Shown: positions 1 to 9,992 of the stretch, piece after piece
Layout of the letters: every line of letters begins with the position of its first letter
How positions within the stretch are numbered: position 1 is the first letter of the stretch
Assembly (NCBI GenBank): GCA_963798915.1
Contig: CAWCVB010000014.1
Span: forward strand, 147,413 to 211,412
Length of the DNA stretch: 64,000 nucleotides
Origin: an uncultured Gemmatimonadales bacterium
Lineage (GTDB): Bacteria > Gemmatimonadota > Gemmatimonadetes > Gemmatimonadales > GWC2-71-9
Direction of reading: 5' to 3'
The notes under the pieces: model-generated
What the model saw: only the letters and a program-made list of their open reading frames with translations
Told to the model about the DNA's origin: nothing
Database searches by the model: none
Translations under genes and position numbers: made by a program

Positions 1-1
1 C

Positions 2-1678
2 TGGCAACGGGAATTGGAAGCGAGCTTCCTGTACGAGGACACGCCCGACCAGCGAAAGGCCACGGAGGACATCAAGCGGGACATGGAGCGTCCCCTGCCG
101 ATGGACCGGCTGCTGGTGGGCGACGTCGGCTACGGCAAGACTGAAGTGGCGGTCCGGGCGGCGTTCAAGGCGGTGCAAGGAGGTCGGCAGGCGGCCGTGC
201 TGGTGCCAACCACCATCCTCGCGGAGCAGCATGGCCGCACCTTCGCCGAGCGGCTGGCCGACTATCCGGTGACCGTGGAAGTGCTTTCTCGCTTTCGGAC
301 CACGAAGGAGCAGAAGGACGTCCTGGCGCGGCTGGAGAAGGGCACCGTGGACATTGTCATCGGCACCCATCGATTGCTGTCCCGCGATGTCCAGTTTCGT
401 GAGCTGGGTCTGCTGATAGTAGATGAGGAACATCGGTTCGGGGTGCGCCACAAGGAACGGCTCAAGGCCTTCCGGCTTGCGGTGGATGTTCTCACCCTGA
501 CGGCTACGCCTATTCCCCGCACGCTGCACCTCAGTCTGGCGGGCCTGCGCGATCTCTCGCTGATCGAGACGGCACCGCGGGACCGCTCTCCGGTCCTGAC
601 CTTCGTGGAACCGTGGGATGACGCCCTGCTGGAAGAGGCGCTGGCGCGCGAGGTCGACCGCGGCGGTCAGGTCTTCTTCGTGCATAACCGGATCGAGACC
701 ATCGAGACGATTGCCCAGCGGGTGCGACATCTCGCGCCGAGGGCGCGGGTCGGCCTGGCCCATGGGCAGTTGCCCGCCGACCAGCTCGAGGAAGTGATGC
801 GCCGGTTTGTTGCTGGCGAGGTGGATGTGCTGGTGACGACGATGATCGTCGAGTCCGGCCTCGACGTGCCCAACGCCAACACCATGATCGTGCACGATGC
901 CCATCGGTTTGGCCTGGCGCAGCTGTACCAGTTGCGGGGGCGGGTGGGGCGGAGCCATCGACGCGCGTACTGCTACCTGCTGGTCCCGGACACGATCGAT
1001 CGCGATGCCGAGGAACGGCTCAAGGTGCTCGAGCATCATAGTGACCTGGGTGCGGGGTACCGGATTGCGCTCAAGGACCTGGAGATTCGGGGGGCGGGCA
1101 ACCTGCTGGGCTCGGAGCAGTCCGGCCATGCTCACGCGGTCGGGTTCGACCTCTACATGCGCTGGCTGGAGGAAACGGTTCGAGCGCTTCGCGGGCGGGG
1201 CGAGGAGGCGCCGGCGCCGCCCGATGTGGTGCTGGAGGCCGCGGCGCATCTGCCGGACGATTACGTGGCCGACGACGACGTCAAGCTGGATATCTACCGC
1301 CGACTGGCGCGGGCGGAGTCGTCAGGTGAAATTGATGGGCTTGGCACCGAACTTCGGGAACGATTCGGGCCGCTGCCGGAGCCGGCCGCGGTGCTGCTGC
1401 ACCTGAGCCGACTCCGGCTCCTGGGCGCGGCGCTGGGGTTGCAGCACGTCACCCTCCGCGGGGACGAAGCGCGCCTCACCTTTCGTGACGGTGCCGTGCC
1501 CCGGCTGGCCGCGCTCTCAGCGGCGCTCGATGACGTCCAGCTTGCGGCAGATGTGCGCCGCACCGTCCCGCTGTCTCTCCGCATCCAACGTCTGGGCGGC
1601 GAGGCGCTCACGCCTGCACTGGTCCGCGCCCTCAGGGTTGTGGCGGGCCGCGCGGAGGCCCCCGGCGCACCAGAATGA
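2..1678 (+). CDS. mfd: Transcription-repair coupling factor (5'-partial, C-terminal helicase and TRCF domains)
   Basis: Motifs GDVGYGKT, DEEH, TATPIPRTL, QLRGRVGR, DLEIRGAGNLLG; frame is open from the window edge. Confidence 0.97.
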   Translation, partial: WQRELEASFLYEDTPDQRKATEDIKRDMERPLPMDRLLVGDVGYGKTEVAVRAAFKAVQGGRQAAVLVPTTILAEQHGRTFAERLADYPVTVEVLSRFRTTKEQKDVLARLEKGTVDIVIGTHRLLSRDVQFRELGLLIVDEEHRFGVRHKERLKAFRLAVDVLTLTATPIPRTLHLSLAGLRDLSLIETAPRDRSPVLTFVEPWDDALLEEALAREVDRGGQVFFVHNRIETIETIAQRVRHLAPRARVGLAHGQLPADQLEEVMRRFVAGEVDVLVTTMIVESGLDVPNANTMIVHDAHRFGLAQLYQLRGRVGRSHRRAYCYLLVPDTIDRDAEERLKVLEHHSDLGAGYRIALKDLEIRGAGNLLGSEQSGHAHAVGFDLYMRWLEETVRALRGRGEEAPAPPDVVLEAAAHLPDDYVADDDVKLDIYRRLARAESSGEIDGLGTELRERFGPLPEPAAVLLHLSRLRLLGAALGLQHVTLRGDEARLTFRDGAVPRLAALSAALDDVQLAADVRRTVPLSLRIQRLGGEALTPALVRALRVVAGRAEAPGAPE

Positions 1679-1710
1679 CCGGCGGCCGACTTTCACTTCA
1701 TGGAGATGGC

Positions 1711-3153
1711 ATGCGTCGTTTGATGCTGGTGATGGCTGTATTCGCGCTCACGGGTTGCTCGGATCTCCGCAGCCTGTTCAAGGCTCACGCCGATGAAGCG
1801 GCGACCGCCGGCTCGCTGACCCTGACACCAGAGCGTCTGGCCGAGATACTCACCGGGCCCAAGGGCGTCCGGCTCAACAGCGACGCGGCAGAATTTGTCA
1901 CCGGTCTCTGGCTCGATTACGCCCTCTTCGCGGACGCCGTGGCCAACCGGAAGTTGCCGGCCGACTCCCAGGCCGTGGCTGATGCGCTCTGGCCGGCGCT
2001 CTCAAGCATCAAGGCCACGCGCTGGTTCGATAGCGTGGTGGCGCAGAACCTGAGTCTGAGCGATGCAGGGCTCGACAGCGTGTTCACGTCCGGGCCGCTG
2101 CGCGTCTTCCAGCACATCCTGATCACCGTCTCCCAGACGGCGACGCCCGAAGAACGGGCGGCTGCGTTGAAGAAAGCGGACGCCGCGCTGGCCCAGCTGA
2201 AAAAAGGCGCCAACTTCGGTGCGCTGGCCACCCGGATGTCGCAGGATCCGGGCAGCGCGCGGGACAGCGGGTACCTCCCGCCCGCTGCCAAGGGCCAGTA
2301 CATGGTTTCGTTTGACAGCGCCGGCTGGATGCTGGCGCCCGGCCAGATCAGCGGCGTGGTGCAGACGCCATACGGCTACCACATCATCCGGCGTCCCACG
2401 CTGGCGGATGCACGCACTCGATTTGAGGACGCGGCCCTGCAGGTGGTGCGCGCCCGGGTGGACTCGATCTACTTCGACAGCCTGGCATCGCAGAAGAACC
2501 TGACAGTGGTTCGGGCAGCACCGTCCCTGATTCGTGAGGCGCTGGGGGACATGGAGGCGTCTCGCGGCTCAGACGAGCGCCTCGCGTCGTGGAACGGTGG
2601 CACTCTTACGGTTGGCGGCCTGCTGCGCTGGATCAACCAGCTGCCGCCAGCCTACCAAGCCCAGGTCGGAGACATGCCCGATTCCGCCCTGGGGCACTAC
2701 GCCAAGGTGGTGGCCCAGAATCAGATGGCCCTGCAAGAGGCGGACAGTGCGCATGTCGGGCCGTCTGCCGAGGAGTGGGCCGGGCTCCAGCAGCAGTATC
2801 GCGCCCAGGTCGATTCGCTCAAGAGCGATATGCAGCTGGGCGCCGACGTGAGCGATTCGAGCGTGTCGGCCAGCCAGCGCGACCAGATCGCGGCGCTCCG
2901 ACTCAAGGCCTATTTCGATCGGATTATCGCGGGCAAGCAGCGCGCCCGCCGGCTGCCTGCGTCGCTGGGGGATGTCCTGCGCGAGCGACTTGACCATCAC
3001 GTCTACCAGGGTGGCATCGAGCGCGGGCTGGAACTGGCCCAGCGGAAGAAGGCACAGGAGAGTGCTGACTCGGCGCAGCCTGCCAGTGGGACGCGCCCGC
3101 CGGCCATGCGTCCCGCACCGGGACCAGCCCCCGCGCAGGCCGACAGCCGATAG
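1711..3153 (+). CDS. Parvulin-type peptidyl-prolyl isomerase lipoprotein (PrsA/PpiD-like)
   Basis: Lipobox ALTGC after hydrophobic leader; rotamase motifs QHIL, SQDPGSA, VQTPYGYHII; GGAGA RBS before ATG 1711. Confidence 0.85.
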   Translation: MRRLMLVMAVFALTGCSDLRSLFKAHADEAATAGSLTLTPERLAEILTGPKGVRLNSDAAEFVTGLWLDYALFADAVANRKLPADSQAVADALWPALSSIKATRWFDSVVAQNLSLSDAGLDSVFTSGPLRVFQHILITVSQTATPEERAAALKKADAALAQLKKGANFGALATRMSQDPGSARDSGYLPPAAKGQYMVSFDSAGWMLAPGQISGVVQTPYGYHIIRRPTLADARTRFEDAALQVVRARVDSIYFDSLASQKNLTVVRAAPSLIREALGDMEASRGSDERLASWNGGTLTVGGLLRWINQLPPAYQAQVGDMPDSALGHYAKVVAQNQMALQEADSAHVGPSAEEWAGLQQQYRAQVDSLKSDMQLGADVSDSSVSASQRDQIAALRLKAYFDRIIAGKQRARRLPASLGDVLRERLDHHVYQGGIERGLELAQRKKAQESADSAQPASGTRPPAMRPAPGPAPAQADSR

Positions 3154-3222
3154 CGCGTCAGGCGCCAGTCTCCATTCCGGTGGCCCACGTCGCCGCCGGT
3201 GAAGCGGTAGCGGTACTGTCTC

Positions 3223-4593
3223 ATGGGAGAATCAGAACGGATGCAGATCAGATGGACCAGACTTGCCGGGGCGGCAGCGCTGCTCGCTGCTGCCTTGCCG
3301 TGCCCGCTGCATGCGCAGGATCCTGCCGATTTTGCCCTGCGGGGCGACACCACGTTTACCGTGGACCGTATCGTGGCGGTCGTGGGGAATGAGCCGATCC
3401 TCGAGTCGCAGGTCGAGGAGCAGCTGTTCACGGTATTGTCAACCAATCAGTCGATGGACCTTCCGACGTCCGCCGACACCGCCCGGCTTCGCGACGATAT
3501 CCGCAATCAGCTGATCAACGAGGAATTGCTGGTTCAGGCGGCCAGGCGCGATACCGCCGTGAAGGTCAGTGAGCAGGATGTGACCGCCTCGGTGGACCAG
3601 AGCTACAAGCGGGTGCGTGACCAGTTCACTTCGGAAGTCGATTTTCAGCGTGAGCTGCACCAGTCGGGATTCGCCTCGGTTGAGGATTACCGCCGCTTTC
3701 TGGCCGACCGCCAGCGGCGCGACCTGCTGCGCCAGGCGCTGATTGCGCGGCTCAAGGAGACCAAGAAGCTCAAGCCGGTGAACCCGACCGAAGCCGAGTT
3801 GCACGCCGCTTTCGAGCAGGGCAAGGACCAGCTGGGGCAGCGGCCCGCAACCATCGGTTTTCGGCAGATCGTAATTGCCCCGCAGGCGTCAGACTCTGCC
3901 CGGGCCCGCGCGTTCCGGTTGGCCGACTCCATTGCCAATGGTCTTCGGGCGGGCGGTGATTTTGCCGTCGCGGCGCGGCGTTTCTCGCAGGATCCGGGCT
4001 CCAAGGAGCAGGGTGGGGACCTGGGCTGGACCAGGCGGGGCACGCTGGACCCGAAGTTCGAGGCCGCCGCCCTCAGCCTCAAGCCGGGAATGATCTCGAA
4101 CCCGGTGGAAACCGGCTTCGGGTTTCACGTGATTCAGCTTGTCCAGACCGAGCCGACCTCGATCCATGCCCGGCACATCCTGATCGTCCCGGAGGCGACA
4201 CCGGCCAACGTGGACACTGCCCGGGCGCTCGCTGGCCGGGTGGCGAGCGCACTGCGGGCCGGCGCCTCATTCGACTCGCTTCAGGCGCGACTGCACGATG
4301 ATTCAGAGGAGAAGCAGGCAGAAGACGTGCCGGAGGACCAGCTTCCCAAGGCATACGTGGAGGCGGTGGCCGACGCCGACAGTGGCGCCATCGTGGGGCC
4401 ATTCGACCTGACCGGTCCCGACGGAAAGCTCAAGTTTGCCGTCCTGCAGCTGACGCGGCGCCGGCCGGCCGGGGAGATCACGTTCAGCGATGTCCGCGAT
4501 CGACTCCGCACCAACCTGGCCGAGAACCTCGGCACCAAGCGGTACCTGGACCACCTCCGCGCCTCGACCTACGTAGACATTCGCGAGCCGTGA
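3223..4593 (+). CDS. surA: SurA-like periplasmic chaperone/PPIase (start may be 3241)
   Basis: VDRIVAVV N-domain, SQDPGSKEQGGDLGW, VETGFGFHVI, ARHILI; located directly upstream of pdxA. Confidence 0.85.
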   Translation: MGESERMQIRWTRLAGAAALLAAALPCPLHAQDPADFALRGDTTFTVDRIVAVVGNEPILESQVEEQLFTVLSTNQSMDLPTSADTARLRDDIRNQLINEELLVQAARRDTAVKVSEQDVTASVDQSYKRVRDQFTSEVDFQRELHQSGFASVEDYRRFLADRQRRDLLRQALIARLKETKKLKPVNPTEAELHAAFEQGKDQLGQRPATIGFRQIVIAPQASDSARARAFRLADSIANGLRAGGDFAVAARRFSQDPGSKEQGGDLGWTRRGTLDPKFEAAALSLKPGMISNPVETGFGFHVIQLVQTEPTSIHARHILIVPEATPANVDTARALAGRVASALRAGASFDSLQARLHDDSEEKQAEDVPEDQLPKAYVEAVADADSGAIVGPFDLTGPDGKLKFAVLQLTRRRPAGEITFSDVRDRLRTNLAENLGTKRYLDHLRASTYVDIREP

Positions 4594-5540
4594 GGCCGCG
4601 TGTGGCGGTGACGCTGGGTGATCCCCGGGGCATCGGCCCCGAGATCACCCGCGATGCGTTGGCAGAGGCGCTCGACGCCGACATCATCCTGGTCGGCGCA
4701 GAGGACCAGATCGCCGACCTTCCTGCAGTCCGCCGCGTGAGCGTCGGCACGTGGGGCCTCGGCAGCGGCGACCGGGCCGATCATGCGCGCACCCTGCGCG
4801 CCGGACGCCTGACCGGTCATGCGATCGAGGCAGCTGCCCGTCTCGCGCTTGCCGGGGACGTGGATGCCATCGTGACCGCACCCGCCAACAAGAGCGCGCT
4901 GCATCTCGCGGGGTTTCCATGGCCAGGGCACACAGAATGGCTGGCGCATCTGGCCGGGGATGTGCCCGTCGCGATGATGTTGGCGTCGTCCCGGCTCAGG
5001 GTGGTGCTGCTCACGACCCACGTGCCGCTGCGGGACGTGCCGGCGCTGCTCACCGCTGACCGGATCGTGGCCACAGGACGCGTGGTGCAGAAGTCACTGC
5101 GCGAGTGGTTCGGGATCGACTCACCTCGCTTGGCGCTCTGCGCCCTCAATCCGCATGCTGGCGAGGGCGGCGCGTTCGGCGATGAGGACGAGCGCCTGCT
5201 GGCGCCCGCTGCTCGCCAGCTTGGCGCGGCGGGCCCACTGCCGGCGGACACGGTCTTTGTCCGTGCCATGCGGGGGGAATTCGACGTCGTGCTGGCGCCC
5301 TATCATGATGTCGGAATGACCGCGATCAAGGTGGCGAGTTTCGGCGAGGCAGTGAACATCACGCTGGGCTTGCCGTTCCCGCGCACGTCGCCCGATCATG
5401 GCACCGCGTTTGACATTGCGGGGACCGGCAAGGCGGATCCATCCAGCATGCGGCGGGCGCTGGAACTGGCGGTGAAACTTGGTCAACGGTCAACAGTCAA
5501 GGTCAACGGTCAACGGTCAACGGTCGACCGTAGACTGTAG
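4590..5540 (+). CDS. pdxA: 4-hydroxythreonine-4-phosphate dehydrogenase
   Basis: GDPRGIGPE, PGHTE, LNPHAGE, YHD, RTSPDHGTAFDIAG; the last ~19 aa are encoded by a heptamer repeat. Confidence 0.95.
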   Translation: MRPRVAVTLGDPRGIGPEITRDALAEALDADIILVGAEDQIADLPAVRRVSVGTWGLGSGDRADHARTLRAGRLTGHAIEAAARLALAGDVDAIVTAPANKSALHLAGFPWPGHTEWLAHLAGDVPVAMMLASSRLRVVLLTTHVPLRDVPALLTADRIVATGRVVQKSLREWFGIDSPRLALCALNPHAGEGGAFGDEDERLLAPAARQLGAAGPLPADTVFVRAMRGEFDVVLAPYHDVGMTAIKVASFGEAVNITLGLPFPRTSPDHGTAFDIAGTGKADPSSMRRALELAVKLGQRSTVKVNGQRSTVDRRL

Positions 5541-5549
5541 ACCGTCGAC
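5481..5549. repeat. Heptamer-period inverted array (GGTCAAC units, then CGTAGAC-type units)
   Basis: ggtcaac ggtcaac agtcaa ggtcaac ggtcaac ggtcaac ggtcgac cgtagac tgtagac cgtcgac, between convergent genes. Confidence 0.85.
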
Positions 5550-5550
5550 A

Positions 5551-6852
5551 TCACTTCACCAGTCTCACGCTCCGTACCCGCCTGCCATCCATCTCGGCCA
5601 CTTCCAGCACCCGATCGCCCGCGGCCACCCTGTCACCGGGTCGGGGGAGGCGACCAAGCGCGCCAAACACCCAGCCACCGATCGTGGTGTAGTCGGCGTC
5701 GTCCAGCGTCGTCCCCTGTTCACCGTTGAATTCGCTCACCGGCATGGAGCCGTCGATCAGGGCGAGGCCCTGGTCCTGGCGCTGCACCTCGGGGAGGTCA
5801 TGCTCATCGAAGATGTCGCCCACAATCTCCTCGAGCAGGTCTTCCATCGTCACCAGTCCGGCGGTGCCGCCATACTCGTCGAGCACAACCGCCATGTGGC
5901 TCTTGAGCCGCTTCATGTCGGTGAGGACGTCCTCCACTTCGCGGGTCCCCGGCACGAAGAGTGGCTCCCGCATCACGGAACGCAGGCTTGCGTGCCCATC
6001 CTGCCGCAACGCAGCGAGCAGGTCCTTGGAGTGAACGATGCCGACGATCTCGTCCAGTGACGCAGCATAGACCGGGTATCGCGAGCGGCCATGCCGTGCG
6101 ACCTCGTCGGCCGCCTGCTCGATGGTCAGGTCCTGTGCCATCGCGGCAATGCGGGTGCGCGGCGTCATGACCTCCTGGGCGCTTTTCTCACTGAACTCGA
6201 AGACTCCCTCGAGCAGGCGGGCATCCTGCTGGAGCAGGCTGCCGCCTTCTTCACTCTGTTCCACCAGCAGCCGCAGCTCCTCTGGTGAGTGCAGCCGCTG
6301 GTGCTCGCCGGGCGCCGCAATGCCGAACGCTCGCAGCAGCATGTTGGCGGTGCCATTCAGGATCGCAATGGGTAGCGCCATGACCCAGCTGAACCCCATC
6401 AGTGGCATCGCGACCCAGCGACTGATGGCCTCGGGGTAGATGAGCGCCACGGTCTTGGGCACCAGCTCGCCCAGGATGATGTGCAACATCGTGATGACGA
6501 TGAAGGCGACGATCGAGGCGACGCCGTGGGACGCCACGGCGGCGAGCGTGGCCGGCAGCCAGCCCAGGACTCGCATGATGAGTGAAGCCAGCGCCGGCTC
6601 GCCGATCCAGCCCAGGCCGAGGGAGGCCAGGGTGATGCCCAACTGAGTGGACGAGATGTAGCGATCCAGCGATTGAACAGCCTGCCGCGCAAGCCTAGCT
6701 TTGCGGTCACCGGTATTGGCCAGCTCGTCCAGCCGAGTCCGCCGGGCCGCGACCAGCGCGAATTCCGCGGCGACGAAAAATGCGTTGGCGAGGACCAGGA
6801 CGACGACGAGGGCCAATCCCAGGCCAAAGCCGGAGCCTGCTTCGGTTTCCAT
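5551..6852 (-). CDS. HlyC/CorC (CNNM + CBS + CorC) hemolysin-family Mg2+/Co2+ transport protein
   Basis: NAFFVAAEFAL, QLGITLASLGLG, GELVPK, VMTPR, SRYPV, VLDEYGG, EEIVGDI. Confidence 0.93.
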   Translation of the reverse strand: METEAGSGFGLGLALVVVLVLANAFFVAAEFALVAARRTRLDELANTGDRKARLARQAVQSLDRYISSTQLGITLASLGLGWIGEPALASLIMRVLGWLPATLAAVASHGVASIVAFIVITMLHIILGELVPKTVALIYPEAISRWVAMPLMGFSWVMALPIAILNGTANMLLRAFGIAAPGEHQRLHSPEELRLLVEQSEEGGSLLQQDARLLEGVFEFSEKSAQEVMTPRTRIAAMAQDLTIEQAADEVARHGRSRYPVYAASLDEIVGIVHSKDLLAALRQDGHASLRSVMREPLFVPGTREVEDVLTDMKRLKSHMAVVLDEYGGTAGLVTMEDLLEEIVGDIFDEHDLPEVQRQDQGLALIDGSMPVSEFNGEQGTTLDDADYTTIGGWVFGALGRLPRPGDRVAAGDRVLEVAEMDGRRVRSVRLVK

Positions 6853-6866
6853 GGCTTCCAAGTGTA

Positions 6867-7796
6867 ATGAGCGACCGAGTTTCTCGCGAGAAAGGTCAGG
6901 CGGTGGCGGCACATTCCCATAGCAACCATGCCGGGTCGGCGGCACCGTTGAGCCGGCTCCGATGGGTCCTGCTGTTCACGGCGGTTTTCATGGTGGTGGA
7001 GGCCATCGGGGGCTGGCTCGCTGGCTCGCTCGCGTTGCTGGCTGACGCCGGGCACATGCTCACCGATGTCGCGGCCCTCGGGCTTTCACTGCTCTCGGCG
7101 GTGGTAGGTGCCCGGCCTGCGGATGACCGTAAGACGTACGGATATCGGCGCTGGGAGGTCCTGGCTGCGGCCGTCAATGCGGTGGCGCTCTTTGTCATCG
7201 CGGGCTGGGTGGTCTACGAGGCAATCCACCGGCTGGGGGCGCCTTCGGCCGTCAACGGTGGCCTCCTTCTCGGTGTGGCCCTCGCCGGGCTGCTGGCGAA
7301 CGCCGTCTCCCTGCGCATCCTCCACGGATCGCACACCGAAAATCTCAATGCTCGCGGCGCCTATCTCCACATCCTGGGGGACCTGCTCGGCAGCGGGGCC
7401 GCGGTGCTGGCGGGCGTGATCATCGTGCTGACTGGCTGGACGCCGATCGATCCGATTCTCTCGGTGGCCGTGGCGATCCTGCTCCTGATCAGCGCCTGGC
7501 GCCTGCTGAACGAGAGTCTGGACGTCCTGCTCGAGGCCGTGCCGCCCGGGATTTCGATGGCAGAAGTGGAACGGCGCATGCAGACTGTTGATGGCGTCGC
7601 CGAGGTGCATGACCTGCACGTCTGGACGGTCCGCAGCGGATTGCTGGCCATGAGTGGCCATGTGGTGGTCCCGCACCTCGACGCTCACCCCGACGTGCTC
7701 GGCCAGATCCGGGATCACATGGCCGACCTGGGCATCGGGCACGTCACGGTCCAGCTTGAGGTGGAATCTCCCTGCGAGGACAGCGACTGCGTCTGA
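6867..7796 (+). CDS. czcD: Cation diffusion facilitator (CzcD/ZitB) Zn/Co/Cd exporter; start may be GTG 6903
   Basis: His-rich N-terminus, SLALLADAGHMLTD, HILGD, VHDLHVW, HVTVQLE. Confidence 0.92.
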   Translation: MSDRVSREKGQAVAAHSHSNHAGSAAPLSRLRWVLLFTAVFMVVEAIGGWLAGSLALLADAGHMLTDVAALGLSLLSAVVGARPADDRKTYGYRRWEVLAAAVNAVALFVIAGWVVYEAIHRLGAPSAVNGGLLLGVALAGLLANAVSLRILHGSHTENLNARGAYLHILGDLLGSGAAVLAGVIIVLTGWTPIDPILSVAVAILLLISAWRLLNESLDVLLEAVPPGISMAEVERRMQTVDGVAEVHDLHVWTVRSGLLAMSGHVVVPHLDAHPDVLGQIRDHMADLGIGHVTVQLEVESPCEDSDCV

Positions 7797-7814
7797 GGTC
7801 TCTGCGCCTTCGCC

Positions 7815-9438
7815 TCACTGCTTTGGCAACAGAGCGTCCACCTCGGCTGGTTCATTCCCAATGCCAATGCCGCAACCTACGCCGGCTGTGACTTGCAGGT
7901 GGAGGATTCGGTCACTCACGTTGACGGTGTCGCGCCGAACGTCGGTTCGGCCTTCGGGAGGAGCCGCGGCCGGCCGTACCGATCGTTCGGCAATTCTGGT
8001 ACGAACCTCCCGCAAGAGTCCCAGCACATCCTGGAGGCGGGTGCCCGGTCGGTCGTTGAAGGTGGTGAGCGGACGCTCGCGCAGCGGCAGGCTCAGGCGG
8101 GCGGCGGCGGCGTAGACAACTTCAAGCAGGGCCGGCGTTGCGCCCGGCGCGCTCGCGCCAAGCTTTTCGCCGGATTCGATCAGTGCACAGGCGAGGGTGA
8201 GGCGATCCGCATCATGAGGGCACGGCGGTCCCGAGGTCGAATCTGACTCGGGGTTCCAGGCGCCTGGCTTTGAAAGCAGCTCGATCGCGCGGTCAATGAT
8301 CCGGAGATCCAGCTCCGAGTAGACGAAGTCGGGCCGTTGGCAGGCGCCGCAGTCGACGCGTGGGACCGAATCGCCAGCCACGATGGCCGCAACCCAGTCG
8401 CGAAAGCGGTGGCCGTCCGTCTCGTAGGTGTAGAACATCGGCTCGCCCATGACCGTGTGGATCTCGCCGCCGATCAGGAAGGAGCGGAATGCCGGAACTC
8501 TTGCTGAAATCTCGGCGTGGTCCTGCCGAATCAGCGCTGTGACATCGGGGTGCTTCGTGCCCGCGAGCTCCAGGAAGAAGCGCTGTGCATCGTCGTAGGC
8601 GGCGTCAACCTGATACAGCTCCAGTCCAGGTGCAGTTCGGGCGGCGTTGACATAGAGTCCCGGAACGCCACCCTTCTCATAGTGCTCCCATCCGCGATAG
8701 CGCCTCAGGACGTCGGGAATGCCCCAGCGCCCCTGGTCCGCGCCATCCATCGCGTTCTTCGTATAGGCACTCGCGGCGTCACCCACTGCGGCGACGCGGG
8801 CTCCCGGATAGTGCCGCGCCATCAGGCTCGAATAAAACGGCGTCGCCACGGCGCCGGCGCTGGAGCCGGAGACAAGCACCACGCTCGGCGCCGGGAAGTT
8901 GGCGTACACCCAGGCCAGCGCAGCGAACGCGTTTCTCTGGCCGCGATGGTGAATGCGGATGGTGTGCGAACCAGTCGTGTCCGGCACCGTGTACGTCGTG
9001 TCGGCGTCGCCGAGATGCACGTCGCCAGTGCAGTAGCTGGCGAACACGGTCGAGAATAGCCCGCGAGCGGGTTTTCCGGATTGCCGAAATCGAAGATGCC
9101 TTCGGATGGCGCAGCCGCCGGGCCATCGCTCTCGTAGGTGGGCCTGGACGTTCGGGATCGCAGTTCTCGCCCGTCCAGCAGGCGCCGCCGCCGCTGAAGA
9201 AGATCAGCAGGCGATCCGCGGCGCCTGGATACACAAAGAAGCGGTAATCATGCCCAGTGGCGCAGGTCGTCTTACCGCCCGGCTCGAGCGTGTTCCATCC
9301 ATCGCGCAGATCGGCGAAATCCGGCAGCGCGGTGGCGGCGGCGCTCGACGCAGCAGTGGGTTGCTGCCCGCGGGCAGGTCCCGCAAGTACTGCGCAGGTG
9401 AAGACCGCATGAAGAGCGCCGCACCGGAGTGTGCTCAT
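7815..9438 (-). pseudogene. Secreted pectinacetylesterase/Notum-family hydrolase with C-terminal extra domain; two apparent frameshifts (~9143, ~9053), possibly sequencing errors
   Basis: Signal peptide and FFSGGGACW in ORF 8779..9438; bridging frame GIFDFGNPENPLAGYS; YCTGDVHLG and nucleophile motif GSSAG in ORF 7815..9047. Confidence 0.8.
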
Positions 9439-9878
9439 TGCTTCTGCAGGATTCCGTTCACCGTGGCCGCTTCCTCTCCACTGCCAAAATCGAACTCGAT
9501 GCCGCTCGTAATGTGCAGGGTGAGCGTGCTGCCGTTCAGGCTGAATGTACCGCTCAGCGTGGTCGGTGAGCTGCCCGATTCAGTGAGCGTGATGGTCGAC
9601 CCGGACACGGCATAGGTACCTGTCGAGACGTCATCCGGACTACCGGGCACTGTCGTCGTTGTCGTGTAGCCACCGCCCGACGTGAACACCACGGTGAGGG
9701 TGGCACCTCCCGCGATGGGGTCGACGCTCGTGCCGGGGTCGGCCGTGGAGGTGAACACAAAGGACGTGGCCGACCAGGTGCCGACCAGGTCACTGGCCGA
9801 GGGCCCGTTGTCGCTGCCGCAGGCGGCCAGCGTCAGTAATGACACCATGGCAAGGCCGGACGCCATCAATGCTTTCAT
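9435..9878 (-). CDS. Lipocalin-like beta-barrel lipoprotein
   Basis: Lipobox LAAC, LVGTW motif, GTYAVSGSTITL and GTFSLNGSTLTL strands. Confidence 0.75.
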   Translation of the reverse strand: MKALMASGLAMVSLLTLAACGSDNGPSASDLVGTWSATSFVFTSTADPGTSVDPIAGGATLTVVFTSGGGYTTTTTVPGSPDDVSTGTYAVSGSTITLTESGSSPTTLSGTFSLNGSTLTLHITSGIEFDFGSGEEAATVNGILQKQ

Positions 9879-9992
9879 CGAAGATCTCCTCAGGGTATCG
9901 GATTGCAGCAATCAGTCGGCTCGCGACGGCGGGCATCAAGATGCTTTACGGCCGGAGCACTTCGCGATCAGGTTCGCTGGTGACGAGCCGGC

